Notes under the pieces: model-generated
Database searches by the model: none
What the model was told of the DNA's origin: nothing
The model's input: only the letters and a program-made list of their open reading frames with translations
Translations under genes and position numbers: made by a program
Shown: positions 41,224-53,393 of the stretch, piece after piece
Numbering within the stretch: the stretch's first letter is position 1
How the letters are laid out: every line of letters begins with the position of its first letter
Origin: Dendrobates tinctorius
Lineage: Eukaryota
Assembly (NCBI RefSeq): GCF_039654945.1
Contig: NW_027361727.1
Location: 3,534,001-3,598,000 of the forward strand
Direction: 5' to 3'
Length of the DNA stretch: 64,000 nt

Positions 41224-42582
41224 CCCCGACCTTCTCTAACAGTTCGTCTAGCACGGGGCCGAACAAGTATTCACCCTCACAGGGGATAGAACAGAGACGG
41301 GACCTGGCTTGGATATCTCCCGGCCAGCATTTTAACCAGAGGGCTCTTCGGGCCGAATTAGACAAACTTGCAGACCTAGCCGCCATTCTTACTGAGTCCG
41401 CCGAGGCATCTGCCAGAAAGGCAGCAGCATTCTGGATAATTGGTAGAGACTTACGGATGGAGGCTCGCGAGGTTCCATCTTTTAGCTGAGAGTCCAATTG
41501 ATCCAGCCAGACCATCATGGATCTGGCTGCGCACGTGGCTGCTATTGCTGGCCTTAGGGCGCCTGCTGACATCTCCCATGTGCCCTTTAAAAAGGAATCT
41601 GCCTTTTTATCTAGGGGGTCTTTAAGGGAGGCCATATCGTCGAAGGGTATAGATGACTTTTTTGAGGCTTTAGCTACCGCTGCATCCAGCTTGGGGGCCT
41701 TATCCCATCGACTTACTATTGGGTCCTCAAAGGGGTATCTACGTTTGAAAGCGGGCGGCATAGAACCCCTTTTTTCCGTTTTTTTCCCACTCCCTGTCAA
41801 TCAGGCTCTGGACTTTTTCGTTTAGTGGAAAAGTCTTTTGTTTTCTGGGGTCTAGACCCCCGAACATAATGTCCTGAGCAGACAGTTCTGTCTTTTTTTC
41901 TTCTACCCCCATGGTTGACCTTATGGCTTTAATTAATTTATCCATTTGGTCCAAGGGAAAGCAGAACCGGCTGGAATCCTCTTCGGAAGAAGAAGAGGAG
42001 GCCGAGGACTCTGAGGAGATATCTTCCTTCCTAGGGCCGACTGAAGACTCTGAGCCTGAAACACTAGCTCGTCTTCTTTTAGAAGAACCTTCTTTTGATA
42101 GGGCTTTTATTTCAGTCCTGATTAATTGCCTCAGGTCTGTAGCGAAGCTTGGTGCTTCTTCCGCTACCTGTATAAATAGGAAAGAGTGTAAGAGTCTGAT
42201 ACTCCACTCACGTTCTACCCCTCATCTCCGTCCCTACCGTCTGTCTCACTCAAGACTGACACAATCTCTTGGGGTGGCCATCTGGTAAGGGGCAACTACA
42301 GAGGGCACATTCCTTGTGCTTCTGCTTCCCTGTGGCCTTCTTCCCCTGAGAATCAAACACATAAGGGGACACTGCATCAGGGTACATTCTCGCAGATCTC
42401 TTACCCTTGCAGATGAGGACAGGTACCGGATCATGGGGGGCTGCGGGAGGATCCTTTGACCTAGAGGAACTGCTGTGGCTCCGTCCACTTGAACGTCCCT
42501 CCTTCCTCTTAGGTTGGTCACTGGGGCGCTTTGCCACGGGCTGCACCTCTTGTGGGTCCATGGGGGCTTCTGTTGTGTCCAT
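41027..42582 (-). pseudogene. DIRS copy B ORF1 (gag-like, C4 zinc finger), with two putative introns
   Basis: Exons 42582-42427, 42345-42238 and 42167-41027. TGA in place of the last Cys codon at 42250-42252. Frameshift at about 41780. Confidence 0.8.
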
Positions 42583-44999
42583 CGCTGGGCCTCCAGAAGC
42601 ACCTCAGCAGCGATGCCTTCTGTCTTAAGAAGGCTCCCCCTCCGGATTAGCAGGACTCTGTCCGGTGTTCGGGCCCCCCATTGAACCGCTCCCCGCGATC
42701 CTCCCCCTCCCCTTCAGGTGCCCGGCCCCCTCAGGTGGCGGGCGCGCATCGGCGCGCGTTCACCACAACCGGAAGTCGCCGGCATCCGACTTCCGGTTTC
42801 GGCGCTAGGCCCCGCCCCCTTCCCCGCGCGGCAAGCGGCTAGAACTGCGCCGCCGCTCCCTCTGTGGGACACCGCCGGCGGCGCCCGCCCGAACGGACCG
42901 CACCTGAGATCCCCTCTCTCAGCTGGTGCTGTCATGGACGACCGAATAAATTTCACATTTTACTCATTGGCCCAGAGCACCTGCTGCTACTTTTGTGCCT
43001 CCCAGATTTCTAGGTTTTCATGCATAGTCAAGTCGCTTGGCCTTGTTGGCATGTTGCAGGTCTACTTTTCGGCCATAATTCTTCTATGAAAACCACCGCT
43101 GGCCAAATTTACCGAACAGTAGATGGGTTTAGCCGTGTCCCACTGGTTGCTGCCATTAATGAGCTGATGGCACTGCTGGGCATCTTCCGATTTTGAAAAA
43201 GAATTAAGTATGATGCGTCTTTTGTCTGCTGCAAGTTTCCTTAGATAACCACGGCATCTACAACGGTGCCCATTTCTTGGTTCATTTTCAAAAGAGCTTC
43301 TGCCAAGCTTTTGAAAGCTCTGTCTGCTTTGAAATGTCTGCCTGGGAGAGACCTTGCTGATGAAGTATAACTAACCTGTGTCTTCTAGCTGCGCTCTGTC
43401 TTGATATGGTGTATAACATAAAACATGGAAATGTCTTCCACAATCTCACCTTTGTAACAGTTTAAGTGTTCCTCACCCAGTTTTAAGCCTCTTACACAGC
43501 TGTTTCTGTTATAGTTAATGTCTGTTTATATGAAAATGAAGATGATCACCTGTTTGGTTACTCATCCACCTTACCACTATCCTACAAAATCCCTGACTGT
43601 GTGCAAGTGTACCTAGAAGAATTGATGCAGTTTTGAAGGCAAATGGTAATCACACCAATATGGATCTGATTTCAATTTCTCTTTTGTTAGTCACTTAGTT
43701 TGGCAATTGCTTACAAAAAACTATTATAAGGGAACCAGTCATGTCCACTAAAACGTTAGGGATGACCTGCAGCTTAACAGCGTTATAACGCTGCCTGGCT
43801 GCAGTACAGAATGTGTGCCTACTGGGAGAAAATGGACTTATTTCAACCAGGAAGCCGCCAGCTTTCAGTCATAGGGACGTGGACATGAGGACTACAGTCA
43901 TCGCTCACTATATGGTGAACAGTGGTTGTAAGCATGCCTCGGTAGTTTGAGTGACAGCTCGCATCTGTGCCGTCAATGCTATGAGCGACGACTGTGAAAG
44001 CCTGTGGCTCCCAGGAGGAATGCAGTTCATTTTCTCCCGGTAGCCGCTCTTTCAGTCCAACAGCAAGACAGCATTGTTAATTTGCAGATTAATTCTATAC
44101 TTGCAGGCTTATAACATTTTGGTGACTAGCAATCTCCTATGAAGCCCAGTGAGCAACTCCAGCTCTGAGCCTTCTCCATATGCCGTACCCAATGTATGAG
44201 GAAAAGATTAGATTGTGGGGCAGTTTGGAATTCAAGGGCATACGTGCTAAAAACTTTTATCCTCTATTCATGGGAGTGATGTAAACACCCAAGCAAAGCA
44301 GAGGTCAGAAACTATATATAGATCACCTCTACATGGAACTGTGACCTACTTTATTTATAATGATGGATTCTTAGATGGGATGGAACCTAGACAAACTATC
44401 AGTTTCTCAATGGCTAGGTGATCACAGATCTGTAGGTGGGTCCCACCGCTGGAAAATCTACTGTTAAGTCACAATGGGGTCTGAGGTTCCTCACTCTCCT
44501 CTGGGTCTCCGATATCTGCAAAGTAGCGGCCATTCATATCCTCCTGATCACAAGACTGTTCTGCATCTCAGTGGGAACCACACAATCTAAGATATTCAAT
44601 CTTTGAGAAGTTAACTCTTTAAAGGGGTCTTCATGTCTTGTACATTTAGGGCATACACACAGAATATTCAATAAATGTGAAGTAAATGAGGGTCCCATAA
44701 CCCTTTAAGTGACCAGTTCTTGCACCATGTTAACATTGAGAATGAGAAATTCTAGACTCAATGAAAGATAAGGGAATCCTCAAACTTTTGTGCTGTTGGC
44801 AAACCAATGTCCTAATAACCAGTTGTAAACAAGAAATCTGATGAGCCATGTGTACGCTCAAGGGTGTGAAATTTGGCAAGGACCAAAGAGTTGGTTAAAC
44901 TCAACAGGTGTAACTTATAAATCATCATTCCACTTCATCCTCATCCATCTTAAATGGGGTGGGTGCGGGATTCATGAAGAAGGGGCATGCCCAACCCAC

Positions 45000-46745
45000 G
45001 TTCCTACAGATTTAACTAAAATTTCTCAGAGTCTGTACCACAAGATTGGCGCATAGCAAATGTGGTGTCAACATTAAAAAAAAGGGAACAAATTCTGAAC
45101 CTGGAAATTATAGGTCGATAAGTTTAAACATTGCCTGTTGGTAAAATCCTGGAAGGTTTTCCTAAAGATGCTTTCCTGGAGTATGTCAATAAGGATAACC
45201 TCATGATCCAACCACAACATGGTTTTTTGAGGGATTGTGCGTTTCGCACCTAGCTTCGTCAAGAGTGTGAAGCCTGAGTCACCCCTTTGACGAAGCTAGG
45301 TGCGAAACGTGCATCGGGTGCGGTTCTTTCATGGACTGGTGAGATTTCTCTATGCCGCTGTGCTTGTGTGCATTCCATATCTATGGGGTTTACACCTTTG
45401 TATTTGCATGAACATTTTTTTCATGATATTCTCTATGCACTCGTAATCCATTTGTAATATTAGGACTATATGCTGCATACTACACTATTATATTTATTAT
45501 ATCTAACTGTACCTTGTTTATTGACTTATTCTAAAACTTTGTCTCATGCTGTCTATTTCATGTCTGCTCATCAGCTGTCTTATGTCTTACATATGTTATT
45601 TTTTTAAATCTATTTCTTAATAAAATTTAATTTGTATATTTTTGTGCTTTGAACTTATTCTCTATAGGTTTTATTTCTGCCTTATGCTCATTACACCTTA
45701 TGCAAGTATATCATAGGTCTAGGGATAGAAAACAGAGGGTGGCTAATAATGGCAAACACTTGGACTGGGTCACAGTTATCAGAGGGGTAACACAAGGGTC
45801 AGCATTGGGCCCACTTTTAAACATATTTATTAAATGACCATGTAGGGGCCATACACAGAAAAATCAATAACTGCAAATTATACTAAAGTCTGCAAAGTAA
45901 TTAACACAGAAGAGAATGATTAAATATTACAGAGGGATTTATAAAAGCTGAAGACGGCTAAAAATGGCAATTAAAGTTTAATGTCGATAATTGTAAGGTC
46001 ATGCACTTGGGCAGAGGAAACAAAATGTACAATTATGTACTAAATTGTAAAACAATGGGCAACATGATCAATGAAACAGACGGGTGTATGAGTGGTCGGC
46101 AAACTCCACTTTAGTGGCCAGTGTCAGGCAGCTGTAGCCAAGACTAATAAAATAATGGGATACATTAACAGAGGCATAGATGCTCATGACGAGAACATAG
46201 TTGCGCCTCTATACAAGTCACACGTGTGACCTTACAATATTGTGAACAATTTTGGCTCCAGTGTATAAGGAGGACATAGCTGGACTAGAGCGGGTGCAGA
46301 GAAGAGCAACCAAGGTTATTAAGGGAATGGGTGGACTGCAACATCAAGACCGGTTATTAAACTGGGGCTATTCAATTTGGAAAAACAACGGTTTAAAGGC
46401 GATCTTATTACAATCTACAAATATATGATAAGACAGTACAGAGATCTTTCGAATGATCTTTATACACGTAGGCCTGTGATGGGGACAAGGGGCCATCCTC
46501 TAGGTACAGAAGAAAGAAGGTTTAATCATAATCACAAATGCAGATTCTTTACTGTAAGAGCAGTGAGACTATGGAACTCTGCCACATAATATTGTAATGG
46601 TTGATTTTCTACTAAAATTCAAGAAAAGTCTGGATTACTTTCTTGAAAAATATAACATTACAGGTTATGGGTACTAGATTCTGCGATGGGGCGTTGATCC
46701 AGAGAACTCATCGGACTGCTGAAAGTGGGGTCAGGAAAGGATATT
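45000..46745 (+). mobile_element. Decayed CR1 LINE ORF2 and 3' end
   Basis: PQDWRIANVV, RDRKQRV, GVTQGSALGPLL, GDLITIYKY and FFTVRAVRLWNS. Confidence 0.82.
45237..45715 (+). mobile_element. Penelope-like 3' fragment with an inverted 5' duplication and a hammerhead-like core, inserted in CR1
   Basis: 23-bp perfect inverted repeat at 45240-45262 and 45287-45309. TTGACGA...GAAAC...TC flanked by caccc/gggtg. AT-rich tail with AATAAA. Confidence 0.55.
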
Positions 46746-47176
46746 TCCCTCCATATGGAGCGATTAGTATCTGCTGAAGTCTCCCTTCAACCTTAGAAAC
46801 AGGTTTGTGAATGCAAAAAGGGTAGTAAGCTGCTGCCAGACACCTTCACCCTGTCAGCACCCTCTGCATCGGGCACGGCACCCAATCTTCCATGAGGACA
46901 ATGGGTACAGCTCTTGCGCCCCGGGACCCCTCTTGCACCTTCTACACATAGCACTGGATATATCAGGATCTGAAGGTGTTACACCCTAGATTTAAATAAC
47001 CCATTTAAGGCCAGCAGACTACAAGTGCTCAGAAGGAAAGCCTTGCAGCGAGTACTAATGGCCCCATCGCTCATCTGTGGAGGGAACATTCCCAGCCGAG
47101 CGGAACTCTATCTACAGCTGAAGGTTCACACAGTCCCAGCAATGTTCCCGTATACTATGGAAATTTCCATACAAAC

Positions 47177-47255
47177 CTGCTCCGCCGGCGTCCAGATACT
47201 TGTCCTTTGCATAAATAACAGAATCCAGCATAGACTCAAACAGCAGGAAGTAACC
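47177..47255 (-). CDS. PRMT3: PRMT3 internal coding exon (79 bp), GYFLLFESMLDSVIYAKDKYLDAGGA(G)
   Basis: Peptide matches the double-E loop/motif III region of type I PRMTs, in PRMT3 form. Acceptor is ...ttcctcag|GG and donor is GCAG|gtttgt. Ends in phase 1, and G+TT gives Val with the next exon. Confidence 0.95.
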
Positions 47256-47469
47256 CTGAGGAAAGAGCAGAAAACAAAAGGGTAAGATGGCATCAAGATG
47301 CACGGAAAGAGCCAAGACGGGGGCGCAAGAAATATGCAGCAACCTCTCACTGTCCAATAGGAAAAAACTACGCTGTCTGCAATACATAGGAAAGAGGATA
47401 ACTTTCTGATATCTGGGGGTCCATCCAGTTGGCCGGAAAAACATCAAAGGGGTATTCCAGTCTTTCTTA

Positions 47470-47728
47470 GGGTGTGTGCACACACTGCGGATTTTTCCGC
47501 GCGGATTTGTCAAAAACCGCAGGTAAATCCACAGGTCAAAAGACCTGCGGTTTATCTGCAGTTTTTCTGCGGATAAGCCGGCGGTTTGACACATGCCATG
47601 GAGCAGGTGCCAAACCGCAGCGGAATCCGCACAAAGAATTGACATGCAGCGGTTTTCATTTTTCATTGATTTTAATGCGGATCCGCAGAACCAAAACCGC
47701 TGCGGATCCGCAGCATGTGCACACACCC
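47470..47728. mobile_element. Harbinger/PIF-like MITE
   Basis: TTA|gggtgtgtgcaca...tgtgcacacaccc|TTA, with a GCGGA/TCCGC-rich body. Confidence 0.88.
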
Positions 47729-48516
47729 TTAATATTGTCGCATAGGTCTTTTTGCAATTTACTGCTTATTTATATTTTCAGCCGTTGTTCATGAGATGTT
47801 TACATATTTCTTTTGTTTACAGATCGTTGCCTTGGAGACCGACCCCGACCACCAAAACTAGACAGCAGAACAGGCACAGTGCTTATAAGCTCTTTTCTAT
47901 TGAGCCTGTAAGCACTGTTTTGAAGATGCGGGGTTATTGGAGACCCCCTCTTCTCCCCGTTACCACCAAATCCTGGCCAGCTTTGGTGCAGTGCTTATAG
48001 GGTAGAGGGCAGCGATGGTCGATCTCCTAGTCAATGAGCTGTAAATAGTAAGTTATCTCAAGAACGGCTGAAATTTTTAATAAGCAGTAAGTAAATGGCA
48101 GAAACGCTTCTATTTACAAGCACTTTCCATCTACGGAGATGGGAATAACCCTTTAAGTTGTGTCCTAATTTGTGGTAAGAAAATCTTGTTACAACATCTT
48201 TTAATATATTCCACCAAAACACCCTATAATAGATGTCCTTAAAAGGGTTGGAAAAACATGGCTGTCATCAATCAGAAACAGCGCCACAGCTACGTTCAGG
48301 TTGTGTCGGGAATTACAGGTCAATAATTGAAATGGAGCAGAGTAGGAATACCCGACACAATCCACACTTTTCCAGAAAAAGAACTAAGAAGCACTTGAGA
48401 ACCTTAATTTCCTGATTTTATTTTCGGTCTCTTTAACCTTCTCGGTGGCTGTTGCCGGAGATCATCCTCATTACCACGCCCAGCAGGGGGCACTGTATTA
48501 GATTTACGCAGAGTAA

Positions 48517-48894
48517 AGCCCCCGTCACACATAGCGATCTCACCAGTGAGATCGCTGTGTGTGACACTGACCAGCGACCGGCCGCCCTGCCGGCTATCGC
48601 TGATCATCCTGGAATGGCCAGGACATTTTTTTGATCGCTGGTCTCCCGCTGGCCAGCACGCATCGCTGCGTGTGACAGGCGGTACACCAGATATCAGCGC
48701 GCTGGTAACTAAGGTACACAGTGGGTAACTAAGCGACATGCGTCGCTTGTTACCCGCGTTTCGCTGGTGCTGATCACTGCTGAGATCTGCCTGTTTGGCA
48801 GCTCACCAGCGATCATGTAGCGACACACCAGCGATCCTGACAAGGTCATATCGTTGTTGGGATTGCTGGTGCCTCGCTATGTGTGACGGGGCCC
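48517..48894. mobile_element. Harbinger/PIF-like MITE (AGCGAT family)
   Basis: TAA|agcccccgtcacacatagcga...tcgctatgtgtgacggggccc|TAA. Confidence 0.88.
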
Positions 48895-49361
48895 TAATAG
48901 CTGCTCCCCACACAAAACCTCTCGCTCAAGTTTTATCACTTTCCATCATGTTTACTGCAAAACAGACTTCACATGTCGCCCATCCTGCAGACCGGCTACA
49001 TTTATAGGGACCTGAAACATTTCAGTATCCAATTTCAAGATAAACAGTCGGTGTGAACTGTGCACCATTCATTCTACGGCATCAAGGCCACAGCATAAGG
49101 CGCTGTCTCACTGCAGAAATATCAACAGCTCCAGGCAATCTGTTCATGGCACAAGAAAAAAAAATCCTATTTCCACGAGGATAATTTCATATTGCCCATT
49201 AAAACTTTGCAATAAAATTCAGCAATAGAATAATTTCATATTTCACCTTTCTATGCAGCAAAGATGAAGCTGTCTCAGCACCTAGAGTAGGGGACGGGCA
49301 ATGAGAAAGATACTGTGTATAACAGCTGCAGCATATGTAAAAGCCAGGGAGGCAAGAAAGA

Positions 49362-50770
49362 GCATCTTGTATTACACTGCAGAGCTGCACTCACTATTCT
49401 GCTGGTGCAGTCACTGTGTACATTCATTACATTACTGATCCTGAGTTACATCCTGTATTATACTCCAGAGCTGCACTCACTATTCTGCTGGTGCAGTCAC
49501 TGTGTACATACATTACATAACTGATCCCGAGTTACATCCTGTATTATACTCCAGAGCTGCACTCACTATTCTGCTGGTGCAGTCACTGTGTACATACATT
49601 ACTGATCCTGAGTTACATCCTGTATTATACTCCAGAGTTGCACTCACTATTCTGCTGGTGCAGTCACTGTGTACATACATTACATTACTGATCCTGAGTT
49701 ACCTCCTGTATTATACCCCAGAGCTGCACTCACTATTCTGCTGGCGGAGTTACTGTGTACATACATTACATTACTGATCCTGAGTTACATCCTGTATTAT
49801 ACCCCAGAGCCGCACTCACTATTCTGCTGCTGCAGTCACTGTGTACATACATTACATTACTGATCCTGAGTTACATCCTGTATTATACCCCAGAGCTGCA
49901 CTCACTATTCTGCTGCTGCAGTCATTGCGTACATACATTACTGATCCTGAGGTACATCCTGTATTATATCCAGAGCTGCACTCACTATTCTGTTGGTGCA
50001 GTCACTGTGTACATACATTACTGATCCTGAGTTACATCCTGTATTATACTCCAGAGCTGCACTCACTATTCTGCTTCTGCAGTCACTGTGTACATGCATT
50101 GCATTACTGATCCTGTACTGATCCTGAGTTACATCCTGTATTATATCCAGAGCTGCACTCACTATTCTGCTGGTGGAGTCACTGTGTACATTCATTACAT
50201 TACTGATCCTGAGTTACACCCTGTATTATACTCCAGAGCTGCACTCACTATTCTGCTGGTGCAGTCACTGTGTACATACATTACATTACTGATCCTGAGT
50301 TACATCCTGTATTTTACTCCAGAGCTGCACTCACTATTCTGCTGGTGGAGTCACTGTGTACATACATTACATTACTGATCCTGAGTTACATCCTGTATTA
50401 TACTCCAGAGCTGCACTCACTGTGTACATACATTACAGATCCTGAGATACATCCTGTATTATACTCCAGAGCTGCACTCACTATTCTGCTGGTGCAGTCA
50501 CTGTGTACATACATTACATTACTGATCCTGAGTTACATCCTGTATTATACCCCAGAGCTGCACTCACTCTTCTGCTGGTGCAGTCACTGTGTACATACAT
50601 TACATTACTGATCCTGTACTGATCCTGAGTTACAGCCTGTATTATACTCCAGAGCTGCACTCACTATTCTGCTGGTGCAGTCACTGTGTACATACATTAC
50701 ATTACTGATCCTGTACTGATCCTGAGTTACAGCCTGTGTTATCTTTTACAGCTGCACTCACTATTTTGCA
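49362..50770 (+). repeat. 86-bp satellite array
   Basis: About 16 tandem units. Confidence 0.94.
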
Positions 50771-52512
50771 ACTTCAGAGCTGAAATCTCTGGGTATACTA
50801 CGCTTGCGTAGTGCCTCCAGAGTAGTTGCTCGGGTGATTTATGTTCTAGAAAGATACGTTCTGTATAGTATTTCGATGGAGAATAAACTGTTTCTGATCC
50901 TCAACAGCAGATGTTTGCATTCTGTAACGATGGAGACGCATAGCTCTGCACGGGAGCTGGACACAAAATTGTATGAGATATTTATTTAAAACTATTTGTG
51001 AAGATTGCGTGCCATTATACATACAGGTCCAGCCGTCTTTTTGATGCTCTGTTGACACTGGAGCCTTTAGGATACTCCTCCACAGCAGGGGCTCTCATGG
51101 CATGCTGGGAGTTGTAGTTTTACAGATGAGAGTAGGAGCCTGCAGCTCTCCACAATGAGGGCGGCCTGCGCTGTCCATGGTCCTGCCTGATTATTCACAT
51201 GCAGGGCCATTTACAATGTAATTTCCCGGTCGGCTGCTCCACCTGTAGGGGAGCCATCTGGAGGAGAATTATACCCGACAACCTTTCCCCGCAATGCTCA
51301 TGGACAACATTCTGTATTTTTTTTCTTTAGCCCCCAGTCACCACCTTCAAAATTAATTACTGCAAAAGAGCCCGGCGTCACCCCGTGTGCAGGAGTCAGC
51401 CGAGCGACAATGTAGCACATTAGCGTCACATGAAACCATTTCAAGAAATGTAACAACTTAATCGGCAACGAAAATATCCAGAGAGGATTCTAAAGTGAAG
51501 CGGGGCTCACGGCGGTGGATACACGGGTGACATCGGGGCTGAAGACTGCACCGCAATAACGCAAGGAAGAAAATAGGGCCATCCGACGCTGTGAGAGGGA
51601 GTGGTTCTGACGATATTACGACCCTATATTCACGTCATGACATTTGCATGTGTGGCAAGTATCACGCGGGTGTCCTGTGCACCAGCACACATCTCTGCAG
51701 GAGCGTGGGGTCGTAATTAGAGATGAGAGAATTTGTTCAGATTTCGTCCCCGAATCTGATTTTGACATATTCGAGCCATATTCTCATAAAGCCACCGGTA
51801 CCAGTCACTTCTGACCCTGAAATAAACTGCGCCAGACAGAGCTGGATAACCCCTTTAATTACTAACCCCTTAAAAGATTAATTTTACATTGCACAGACCA
51901 GCAACTTTGTAACGTACTTCGTTTAATTTTATCATTTCCACAAACCCTGCTTGATTGAATGTATTCTTGTTAACATAGCAAAAACTGCAGACAGATTCCA
52001 TTTAAGCTTCCAGATGTAATCTAGGAGCAGCATGATGTAGGGGTGGAGACCCTGATTCTAGCGATGTATCACTTAGGTTACTGAGTACAGCAGTTGTGAT
52101 AGAATTCCTGTTTTTTCTGCTGCAGATCTAGCAGAGCTGTGAATGCTGCGCTCTGTATATCCCCACCCATACCACTGACTGGTCACTTTCTGTGTGCACT
52201 GCGCATAGACAGAAAGCTGCCAATCAGTGTTGGGGGCGTGGTTTGACCAGGCAGCACGGGACACTTAGTCCTCTATTGATAATCTCCTGATGATAAAACA
52301 CTGATTGTATTGATGCAGCAAAACATAGCTTATTAAATGATACATCGGGGTCTCTGCCCTTACATTACTTCTAACAGCTGAGGGTTGGTAACAAATGTAC
52401 CCAGTCTAGATGTAAAGAACTTTTTCATTCACTGTAAAAGGTCTATTTATACTGGATTCCATGAAGAATGAAAGTGGATGACATTATAAGGGAAAAAAAA
52501 AAACCTGTTTAA

Positions 52513-53393
52513 GGCTATGTGCCAACGTAGCGATTTTTAAGCGTTTTTGCCGTGATTTTCGGCGCGAAAACTTTTAAAAATCGTGTACACAACGCCCCCC
52601 ATGCATTCCTATGGCATTCCGCACATGCTGCGCTTTTTTCCGCGGCGGAAACGCATCGCGGAAAAAAATCGCAGCATGCTCATTCTTTTGTGCGGAATCG
52701 CAAAGAACTGCCGCGATTCCGCACCCATAGGAATGCATGAGAATCGCTTACTTCCCGCATGTGGCTATGCCCACCATGCGGGAAGTTAAGCGTCTCATGT
52801 GCGGTTGGTACCCACGGTGTGGAGGAGAGGAGACTGTCCTCCAGGCCCTGGGTACCATACCCCTGTAAAAAAAAAGAATAAAAAATAAAAAAATCGGGGT
52901 ATATTTACCTTCCGAAGTCCCGCGCTGCATTCCCGGGCCTAAGCGTTCCCAGTAATGCCTTGCGGCAAGGCCCTGTGAGGACGTGGTCTCACGAGATCGC
53001 TATAGCAACGCGAGACTATGTCATCACAGGTCTCGCAAGGCATCACCGGGAACGCTGAGGCCCGGGATGGCAGCGCGGGACGCCGGAAGGTAAATATACC
53101 CCGATTTTTTAATTTTTTTTAGCATTTTAACATTATATCTTTTACTATTGATGCCGCATAGGCAGCCTCAATAGTAAAAAGCTGGTCACACTTGTCAAAC
53201 ACTATGTTTGACGAGTGTGACCAACCTGTCAATCACTTTCCAAGCGATGCTTCAAATCGCTTGGAAAGTGCTTGAATATCGCACGCAAAAATCCCGGCAA
53301 AATCGCGATCATAATCGCGGTAAAATCGCGCGATTTCTGGGAAGGAGTCCGGTTTTTAGTGTCCGGAATAAAACGCTACGTGGGCACATAGCC
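52513..53393. mobile_element. Harbinger/PIF-like MITE with an internal palindrome
   Basis: TAA|ggctatgtgccaacgtagcg...cgctacgtgggcacatagcc|TAA. Internal arms at about 52885-53110. Confidence 0.87.

Larger units (their letters stand above)
38004..42950 (-). mobile_element. DIRS1-type retrotransposon copy B (ITRs and ICR; RT core deleted; YR intact)
   Basis: Right ITR 38004 to about 38140 and ICR 38284-38370. The ICR joins sequences matching both termini. Shortened left ITR 42908-42950. Carries gag, RT/RNaseH/MT and YR ORFs. Confidence 0.95.
37358..43725 (-). mobile_element. Decayed Tc1-like element split by DIRS copy B
   Basis: Tc1-like sequence at 37358-38003 and 42951-43725 rejoins as ...ggcaaata|tttcacattttactcat. 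Boundaries approximate. Confidence 0.65.

Noticed and set aside
47112-47726. 204-aa ORF as a single gene
   Set aside because: It is read-through of MITE and intron sequence around the true 79-bp PRMT3 exon.
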